DNA of 33,000 nt from contig OZ249445.1 of NCBI GenBank assembly GCA_965235115.1, positions 10,416,001 through 10,449,000 on the forward strand. Reading direction: 5' to 3'. Positions 23,174 to 33,000 of the stretch are shown here, piece after piece. Source of the stretch: Laetmonice hystrix (lineage: Eukaryota). Below the pieces are notes generated by a model that did not search any database, had not been told where the DNA came from, and was given only the letters and a program-made list of their open reading frames with translations. The translations under genes were made by a program, and so were the position numbers. Each line of letters begins with the position of its first letter. The first letter of the stretch is position 1.

Positions 23174-24951
23174 CTGCAAAATACGACACAAGACCACTTA
23201 AACAGAGCTGACAGCGTACGGTAATAACAATATCAATTGACAATTTCAGTAACAGAGTGATTACAAAATGTGTAACCCTATATGACCAAGATCTAAAAGA
23301 ATAACTATTTTTTACTTCAAGTATCGCTTGAAATATTGGCCAAATCTACAATTTCTTCACTTTTGTGTTATATACCTATATATATAAGCGTGACCTTCAA
23401 AATACAAATAAATACCAAATATACATAACAAAGCTATTCCAATTATAGTAAGGCCTTGCAAAGGCTACTAATTCTTCCATCCCTAAAATCTGGTCGTATC
23501 TAATAATCTAAATGTGAAACCATCCCAGGATTAGCCGTATTTCAAAGTATTAACCAGGATTTGCGATGACAATGGATTTAATGCAGTCAAACATAAATGT
23601 GTAGAACCAGTCAACTAGATATTCGGGATTACCGTATACACGGGGAAAAAAGATACTAAAAAACGTAAATGTCTTATCTTGTGTGCTCGCACCGACAAGT
23701 CTTTATGTAATGACGTAAATCACGAGTTTATCTCGTTAAAATACAGCATGAACAAAAGGCCTGACGTTAACAGACAGCACGCTATCGGCCCACGCTTTGA
23801 TAACTTCACCACGCGAGTCACAAATAGGATCGATTTCAAACTGGGCCCAAGTATGACCACTGCCATTACAAGGGGCTTCTCTGACGTCATAACGACAACC
23901 ACAGGTCACTTTATGTGACCTATTCCTATCTGTGTGTCCACCATACTGTCATGGATCCATCATATGTTAATCGGCGTGGCTCATTAGTCAGACACGTGGG
24001 CTGAGATAGCTTCAAAAAAGGCCACAATATCTGGGCTAAATATCTAAAGCTTCTTAATTTGAGACTCTGCTTGAGCACGTGGCGTTTTGTCCAAACAACG
24101 GTTTATTATTCTTTTGTGCGTAAACATGTCGGAAAATGTCTAGGCCAGATTAATTACGCGTCTAAATCACAGGTGTTATGGATGTTGTAAACTCTTTCTA
24201 CCTCATTAGACCTCATCCAAAAGTGAGAGTCGACTGGGAGTCACGGACATTACTGTGTAGATTGCACGGTTTGCAGTATTCAAAACAACAAAGTAAGTCC
24301 CCTGGCTGCCTGCGATCAATGACGTGGTTATGTTGATAGCTTAATCAGTTTAGGGCCTAACTAGTAGATGGAATGCTGACATCGAGATCGATCGGAGTCC
24401 ACCGACGGTTGAAGCTATCAGAATACCAGTCTTTATACCGATTAATGTGGCTGTAATCCCCGCGCCACTTTCTCTCTTAAAAGCCGAAGCCCCTCAAAGG
24501 GGCGTGCCACCTGATAACGTGGCTATGTCAGCCCCCTGTTTACGGCATGTGACAGGGTCCGGTTCATGTTCTATGGTATCATTCCCATCTAATATTGGGA
24601 GTAAGGGGGAGGTTTCGGGCAGGGCTTAAAATACGTTTTATGGGGAGGTCTGGAGACCGGGAGAAGGGCTTTGCATTTGGTCTAGGAATAGTGAACGATT
24701 TTTTAAATATCAAGCATCACATTTCATGAAGATGTGACCGTGAGGGGGACACACAGACTCCTGGCAGCCACCCACCCACCGATCTCTGATCATCAACCTG
24801 TTACATCCCAAGCTTTGAAAACAAGCCAGCAATGCGTCGGCTTGTCCCTGTGTCGTACCAAAGCTCTGAAGCATGAGAGGATGGCACAGTCCTGAAAAAA
24901 ACCTTCCTGATGATCACTGATGTCACATCAAAACCTCAATATGGTATGACG

Positions 24952-24968
24952 GTGTGTGTGTGTGTGTG
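24952..24968. repeat. (GT)n microsatellite
   Basis: About 8 uninterrupted GT units. Confidence 0.9.
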
Positions 24969-27900
24969 ACTGGCAAGGATAAGGGAGGGCGGAGCAGTAA
25001 ACGAACTTAAATCATGCTATTGTGCTTTTTCTCCAATTGATCATATTTTGGTCGGAGGATAAGCTCTTTTGACAGTGGTTGGTATACTTACTATAGGTTG
25101 GGAAACTGCAGTAAAATATAACGGTACACCTTGTGACGCGTCTTTCTGCGTGTCGATACCTCTTGTCAAAGGATCACACCAGCCTTTCAGGACTGGCAGT
25201 AGCACTGTTGGAGGGTGGGGGTGGGGGGCAGTTCTGCCCTATCAGTCTTTGTCGTTCTATCGGAGCTTCTCTTTATTACCTATAAGTATTTGATACGTAC
25301 GGTATGTTGAGTTTCATCACCAAACAGGTATTTTATATCCCTACATTGTTGTCTGTTTTATACAGGAAAAACACCAAAATCTGGTACTGCATCCTTTTCT
25401 TGTCGTTGTCAAAGAAATCAGAAACCAAAACGGAAGATCGGGTTCTAAGTTCAATTCGAGCCACAACCTGACATTTGCCTCACTTGCACATGCTGACTTC
25501 CACATATCGAATTCCGTCGTCACTGCCTGGCGGCCCTGTCGACCGTTACCGATTGTGCCGACACTGGAAGACTCCAAGCCGAGGTGATACGACAAACAAG
25601 GTTTGCGTGAGACTGAGAACAACCCCAGTCTGACCCAGCCACCCATGACAAGTTATGTGTAGTCATGCAACTACCTGCCTATAAATTCCCTCCATCACTG
25701 CCGCCCCTTTTGGCTCATAATTTAAAACATCTACACGATATTAATTGGAGCTGGTACCGAGCCAGACTCTAAGGAAGATGGATCTAGAACCCTTGGCGCT
25801 CCCTCTATGGTCTATTTTCTACGATTTCAACCAACTACATGTACCGGCATCGGCTGCACTGATTGTAACATAAGTCGACTTCAGCATCGGGATCACTTCT
25901 CTGTTTCCGACTTTTTCTTTAGGGCCGTTTTTCATTTTTCTGCGTTCAGATAGTCATTTTTCTGACGAACTTTCTTCCTGTTTTCGCACTGTGACCATGT
26001 AACATAACTAAGCTTTATAATAAAAGAAACTCGATTCTAAGTTACCTGCATGGCTGTCAAGAAAAGTCTCTTCTTACATGCACAGACTGGCCACATTGTT
26101 CTCAGGTGACACTCAGACGGTAAGGTGGCCTTTCTGTCCCCACCACAAAAATCCTTAAGGAACACCGGCACATTGTCATTATAGCACACGTAAAAAATCT
26201 TAGATTGGAGTATTTGTGAATGTGTTCGTTTGGTCATGACTTTAACCTCATTGCATGTCTGACCGACTGATGGGCGCAAATGAACATTGCACATGGCATT
26301 TCCATTGTGAGACAGTAACAACAGTTAGAAAGTCCTGCTATGCCAATTCTACCCTCCATTTTCTTATTTCCGGGTGAGAATTTTTGTCTGAGCATGTACG
26401 GGTCACAGTGAGTTGTCTGAGCGGGCACAGGTCACAGTGCACGTTGACTGAAGGAAAGTCTTGAGGATCGTACAGGTAGCAGGTACACTGTTGTATTGTA
26501 GACAACATGCACACAATGTACAGGTATCATCCGGACAGCTAGACTATGGACGTCGGCAGGAAACATACCGCATACGTTATTATCAGGAACAAAATTAATG
26601 TCATATGAGCGTGCCCTTTGTACAGGTGTGATATGGTTAGAGAATAGCAACAACCTTCACGGGCATCATGATTCGATTGCTTTCCTCCCTTCTACAGGCA
26701 ATGTTCCAATCTGGCCACCAAGACCACTACTTCCATAGTAATATAATAAATAAAAACCACAGCTTCTCTTTGTATCTTATCTAGATGATTTTTTGTGAAG
26801 CTGGGGCTGTTGATTTGTGTGGCGTTCCCAGCTTCTTCGATTGAACGCGGAGGCCTTTGGTGTGTATAATTGATAGATAGCAGCCACAGTAAATGCAATG
26901 AGCTGGTTCCTTGGCAACCGATTGCCCTTTACTGGCAAGATTTGCAGTGCAAAATAGATGTTTTTCGTCCTTAATACAACGGTGCCCCTGATCGCCCGGC
27001 TAATAAGACTTGTAAAAGGCTGCCTACCTTGGCCTTGTAATTACCCAAATCAATCTTAGATTTCATCACCCCGGCAATCCCTTTCTACATTCATGTTTTA
27101 CCTTGAACGTGTGCCATGGATCTCTTCTATAACATAACGTGCTGATGCTCGTCCTCTGAGCTCTTCTTAAAGCTCCTCCAATATTGTATTTAAAGTTCTT
27201 AATCGCTCCTTGCGACGCGCGGTGCTGGTGACATCCGTTACTTCAAAAAGATTAGATCAGTGTCACGTTGCTCACCTATTAATGTCATTAAGTTTTTAGT
27301 GCTGACTTTGATCGTACCTGGGGCCTAGATATCTGGGGCCGATCGGAATGGGTGAGGCCTGTCATCGTGGCAGGGCGGAGGTGGCGGGGGGGGGGGGGGG
27401 GCTTAATATTAGAATGCCGAGCACACGGTAACGTAGGCGGCCGGGCGGCCGGTCCGAGCGGACGACATTGCCATCCGTCGGCCGAGCTTAGTACGGTACT
27501 GGTCTGTCCTACCTCTGGGACACTGGACCTGCTGGCCGTCGGCTGTTTACTGATCGACCGCTCCCCTTCAACATGGGATGTATTTATGCTTTGTCTTAGC
27601 TGTAGACTCTTTCTACAAGCAATCGGCTGAATTATTGTTGCCCCTAACAGGCACTCTGCGGCTTCAGATGCTTCTACCAGATTACACACTGTGTTTGCAG
27701 CAATTGAGGACACTTTGTATGATGCTGGCAGTCTCTCAACCCGCGAGGAGGCCGTCCTCCACTCCGCTGAGTCAGCACTTTATACAAAACCCTTGGAGGT
27801 GACGGGAAAGAGAAGCATTTGGCATTATGTGGCATGGGATTTCAATTCTGGCAGGCAATGGCTTTGATATCGTTCTCGTGAGGCGGATATAAAATCTCCA

Positions 27901-29220
27901 GGGTTTTTCGTTGGACGAATCGATTAAATAAATTATGCCACATCCATTACTGGCACAGTTCGTATAAATATACATCTGTTGATATGATATTTCTCGTCAC
28001 CCCTCATGACTTGTTCGCTTGTTGAATGAAGCAATAATCAAGGTGTTATCACACAGGGCCTTATACGACAAAGGTATCACTGACTTCCAAAAGATTATGA
28101 CGAAGAAAACTAATTGAATAACCTAGAGAATCAGTAACGAAATTAGTAGAGAAATGGAATTCTGAATTCATAGCCCGTGCACGATTCTAATAGATACACC
28201 TTTCCCATCCTGTACAGTCATTTGGTGGTATCCTGACCCAAGCATGCTGTCATATATTCGGTCTACAGATTCGAGAGATATTGTAGATTTTAAGCTTTCT
28301 TGTGAAGTATATTTCAATGTGTAGGCGTCTGGTGTTGGTGGGTGATTTTAATCTAAGTGAGACGGGTGGTCGACGTTTGGAAGGTGACCAGACTGACGTG
28401 TTTCCACCAACAACAGTTACTGTCCTGTACAACGTTCCGTGCTGGCCTTGGGCCTCCACGCCAACTCCTGGCACTTCACTACTTCCACTGTATCTCCTCT
28501 CATGAACTATGATTAATTCAATGATCCAACTTCGCAAGTGCACTGTGCACGGCCATCTGCACGGTTGTTTTCTGCATGAATTATCAATGGCCACGACTGC
28601 CTCTGGTGCCAGAGACTACTCCAAACCGTGAACGTTTTCGTTGTTTCTAGCCAAAACACCATTACAAAATCATTCCTTTTAGTGCCCAAAAACACTGAGC
28701 CTTTCCTAAGGAGAACAAGGAGAACAGTGAACGAATAGAGAAATGTCCGTAATGGGCCTATGTCTGAACTACTAATGGTTAGGCTTTTGTGTTCAATAAA
28801 GTCAATCTATTCAAGCTAATCCAAGGAGCAAAATAAAGAATGTTATGTGATATCAGTATCGAGAAACGGGTGATATAATAATTGAATTCAAAGAACGAAA
28901 TTTGAACTTCGGTTTGAAGATACTTCTAATTAAGACCAAGAATTGCACTGACACTGGAATAAGATGAACAAAGTCTCACCCCGTCTCTTAACGTTGAGAT
29001 CTACATACTCGAGGAGACGTTTCACACGGGTCCCCCGTACACAAACCCAGGACTGACTCCGTTATACTGTGACGGGTCAAACTTAACCAGCTTTTCCATG
29101 GCAGATACACTGCTCCTCAAGCAGTCAGTGAGTTAATATCATCTGTATGCTATTGTATCGCCTACGAACATCTTTCCATTTCTTAAACTGAAATACGGCC
29201 AGCCTGCACTCTGCGGGTCC

Positions 29221-29377
29221 GTTCCACTAAGCCCGAAAGACGTCTTTGAAATGGTCGCTGAGCCCAAAGAGGTCTTTGCGGCGACGGGTGTTCCACTAAG
29301 CTCCTATTCTTTAACATTGGCCCCGCAAAGATGTCTTTCCAAAGACGTCTTTGCTAAAGACGTCTTTCGTTAGTGGA
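29221..29377. mobile_element. Probable DNA-transposon end or collapsed MITE with clustered 12-bp palindromes
   Basis: AAAGACGTCTTT or single-base variants at 29236, 29266, 29327, 29341 and 29356; GTTCCACTAAG twice; inverted TTAGTGGA at the right end. Confidence 0.55.
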
Positions 29378-30084
29378 CTTTTGACGCCTACCCCTGCCCC
29401 CCAGCCTCCACTCCACATGGTGTCCCATCAGTTGAATCTGGCCAGCTCCCCGCCCCTCATGTCAAGAGTCAGTGACCAGGCAGTGATCGGCTCTTCCCAC
29501 CAGCCCGCTCGGTCATGCCACATCCAGGCCCACTCGTGTGTCTTCATTAGCCGCCGCCGAGCGGCGCTGCAGTCCGATTAGCCGGGGAGGGCCCAGCCCA
29601 GCTCTCCGTTGTCCAGGCCCCACCTGACCGGCACGGCCCGGCTGACAGTGATGAAGATGTTTGCCAAACCTGGTTACATCTTCACACCATGAGCCACGTT
29701 GAGCTGGCAGAGTAAGCTCAACCCCGCTCTCCTCGCTCATGAATGGAGAAGTCCTTCTGGTCACTGCGATCGTGAGGGTTTTAAACCTTCAAACGGTAGG
29801 ATGCCTTTGAAACCTCTCACTCTGAATGAAAATCTAGAAATCATTTATGACTCCAATGGTTCTTTTTGGTGTTATTCAGGAGTATGATATGATTTCTACC
29901 ACTTCATAAGCTAGCTGGGCATGTCTAGGATGAGATAACGGTTATATGATAGGATTAGACGATATCTCTTGCATAATCGTTCAGTCAGGTTAGACTCGTT
30001 GATCCTTGAGGAATCAATTATGTGCGCCGAGGGACGTGAACTTACAGCGACACTCATAAAACATGTCATCCCTATGTGAGGGAA

Positions 30085-30510
30085 GTTAGGGGGCGTTAGG
30101 GGAGACGTTAGGGGTGACGTTAGGGGAGACGTTAGGGGAGACGTTGTGGAGACGTTAGGGGTAACGTTAGGGGTAACGTTAGGGGTGACGTTGTGGAGAC
30201 GTTAGGGGTGACGTTGGGGAGACATTAGGGGTGACGTTGTGGAGACGTTAGGGGTGACGTTGGGGAGACGTTAGGGGTGACGTTGTGGAGACGTTAGGGG
30301 TGACATTGGGGAGACGTTAGGGGTGACGTTGGGGAGACGTTAGGGGTGACGTTGGGGAGACGTTAGGGGTGACGTTGGGGAGACGTTAGGGGTGACGTTA
30401 GGGGTGACGTTGTGGAGACGTTAGGGGTGACGTTGGGGAGACATTAGGGGTGACGTTGGGGAGACGTTAGGGGTGACGTTGGGGAGACGTTAGGGGTGAC
30501 GTTGGGGAGG
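30085..30510 (+). repeat. G-rich telomere-like minisatellite (11-12-bp monomers)
   Basis: About 37 monomers TTAGGGGTGACG / TTGGGGAGACG / TTGTGGAGACG, mostly alternating as a 23-bp dimer. Confidence 0.95.
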
Positions 30511-33000
30511 TGTACCGGTAACGTGATGGTCGACCAGTAAGGCAGGTGTCAGTGATGGGGCCGGGCCGACTGATATATGAATACACCCACCCACACTTCG
30601 CCATACGAGCCCATTATAAATGATGACGGTCTGACGTATTATAACGGTATCAGAAGAGGTGGTTAATGACGTCTGGTAAAGGCCGTGAGAACTTAAAACC
30701 GTTTCCAGTTCCACCTTTGAATTACACATGTATGTATGTAGGGATATCGTGATAATTTGCTCACGCCTTGTAAGGGGTCCATCAGTAAACATAGAAGGTG
30801 AAATTGAATAAGCTTGGGGAATGGTAAGCAGCATGCTTAATGCCAATTAGTTCAGTATAGGGAAATTCAACCGGTGCCCTGCTTGGAGAGTTTTGAATCA
30901 ATTCTATTACCGGTTAGTATTTTGTATGGCAAAACATACGGGAATATCCTTGCTGGTTTCAATGTCTCATCATGGTTTTGTTAATGTTTTGTTAACCTTT
31001 CCAACACTGGTGCTACTGATGCTTTATGCTGTTCTAATCCCATTCATTGCCCCAAGTGAGCACTACAGCTGATTGGAACTGTCTAATCATCTTGGTTCGT
31101 CCATGCCTGGAGCAACATCATCAGAGGCCAAGCCTTGCAGGAGCCCTTTCCCGTCTAAACTTTAGAGAACGTCACTGAGCAGTATAAGGGCACTGAATAG
31201 GCACCAGGCTACCTCTGTGACGAGCACGAAATAAAATCCAGCTAATTACTACTGCAATATCAAACCATACAGTGCAACGAGAGACCAGCATTGGGGAAGT
31301 CTCTTTCTGATAATTGTCTTGTAAATTAAAAAGATAGATTGACGACATAATAGTGACGAAAATTTAAAAAAAAGAACAATGAATCAATCAATAATCGTAG
31401 TTTTCCAAATGAAAAAAAAAACAATTAGAATGTAATTATGTAATGTTTTATGTTATTTTGGAAACTGAATGAAGTAGGCGTCAGCTTGTTACACGTTTTC
31501 CCGCCTGATCATGTCACCTATTCGCCTGTCCAGGAAACCGACATCATGCGATATCTCGATCTCTGATCACTCCAGACATGATGCGATTACCTCTAATTTT
31601 GATGAATGACATACAAAGGCCACATAAGTACTTCACTAAAAATGTCTCAGGAGACACTGTCTGTTTGAGTTCACTGCATATGATGAATGCATCAATACTC
31701 CGGCTACCTGACCTGCATAAAATGTTTCCAACTTTTATATCAGTAGTTCAGTAGTTGACATTGGTGTGACAACGTCAAAGGATATGGCATGCAGAGGCAC
31801 TCCAGCGAATCCTCAGTTAAGCCTATTTTATCTTTATAAAGCGGCTTTAAAGAGGCGTTTCACACTAATAAACCTTGTCACACTTCAAATCAAACATGGA
31901 AAGGCGAATTTCAATGCAAGGCACATTCAAAAACTCTCAATCTTGTAACAGGTTAACTGAACAAAATTTATTTGACGTTATGTTATTGGTTGATCTGAAG
32001 GGTTTTTTTTTTCTCTCTCTCTCAGAAATGCGAGTTTTAACATGCCAGATTACCTCTTGTGCTGTAGATTCCCATTCCTTTCAATTGGACCCCTGAATGT
32101 TTCAGAGAGTGACAATTCAGTATTTTGAAAACAAACATCAATACAAATATCCACATTCTCTCCTTCCACGCTATTATCGCCAGGAAAGTTTAAATGATCA
32201 TGATCGTGATTTACATTTATGTTGCGTCCAGCAGTCAGGCTCTCTAATTATTCACAAATGTTTACTTTGCACAGTACTCAAATCGTTAACGAAAAAAACG
32301 CAACCATTTATGTCACCAGCCGCCATACGCTAAAAGGCCTGACACGCCCACTACACACACGTTCACCAAAATTAAAAATAAAGAAATGATAATAACAACG
32401 CAACATCTCAATACTCTTTGACAGGCCATGTCAGCGATGGAGAATGGGAACAAACAAAAGCTAATCAGTAGAAAGGAAAAGCAGCTGCAAATCAACTCCT
32501 GTAGCAAAAACAGTGGTGGAGGGGGCAATCATGGCAAGCAATTATACACGCTGGAAACTGCCCACCTGACAGGCCTGGTAATGCAGTTGCCCTGTACGCC
32601 AGCTGGGCTCGTGGTCTCCAGCAGGCAATCAACAAGACACTACCCATAGCGGCCAACAACGCCGCATGAATGGGCATCCCGCCTCCAACCTCCGCCGTGC
32701 CAGACAACCACTCCTCAACATCAAGCTGCTATTTACGTGTCAGATATTTTTATCCCGAATGACAGCTTTTGTCAATGTCCCCAAATTTATATCAGGCAGG
32801 CAAAAGTCGGTGGCCATCACGTGACATTTTATATCACGGAAAGGGCTGTCAGTGAGAACCAATCAAAAGGGTAAGCCCCACATTTCTGTCAGAAAACTCG
32901 CCAGGCAAACCTGGCGCTGTTCTTTTGCATACTTTTTTTTCTATTTCTTAAAAAAAAAAATCCCGCTACCTGGAGATGACATGGACCGAGCTCACGTTGC

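Noticed and set aside
27100-27230. bHLH-like or upstream F-BAR exon (TARRKERLRTLNTILEEL*EEL)
   Set aside because: In-frame TAA, no second helix, and no F-BAR helix-1 IE-x-EY motif.
1273-27401. Scattered long G/C homopolymers (about 1273, 10030, 11640, 16998, 21806, 27386)
   Set aside because: Common within invertebrate repeats and prone to assembly error; no shared flanking structure seen.
28302-28505. LINE endonuclease (LVGDFN)
   Set aside because: Single motif; the flanking endonuclease motifs and RT are missing.
30490-30846. 118-aa minus ORF as a gene
   Set aside because: No recognisable domain or splice context; it ends inside the minisatellite.

Overview
Eukaryotic (animal, most likely marine invertebrate) nuclear DNA, not prokaryotic. 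Almost none of the supplied ORFs is a real gene as called. The main content is a spliced minus-strand gene the ORF track misses: seven phase-compatible GT-AG exons between 23173 and 12961 join into about 307 stop-free codons encoding a Fes/Fer-like F-BAR (FCH) domain plus a following coiled coil. Its 5' exons and any further 3' exons were not found and probably lie outside the window. The most interesting signal is a tandem exon pair (13130-13217 and 12961-13072) with identical splice phases, separated by a 57-nt intron whose branch-point motif is only 20 nt from the upstream donor, which is the geometry of sterically enforced mutually exclusive splicing. The remainder is intronic/intergenic DNA with a tRNA-derived SINE, a Kolobok-like MITE, other inverted-repeat elements, a palindromic 53-bp tandem array, a telomere-like G-rich minisatellite and several decayed reading frames. 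No rRNA, intact tRNA, CRISPR array or intact transposase/RT gene is supported.
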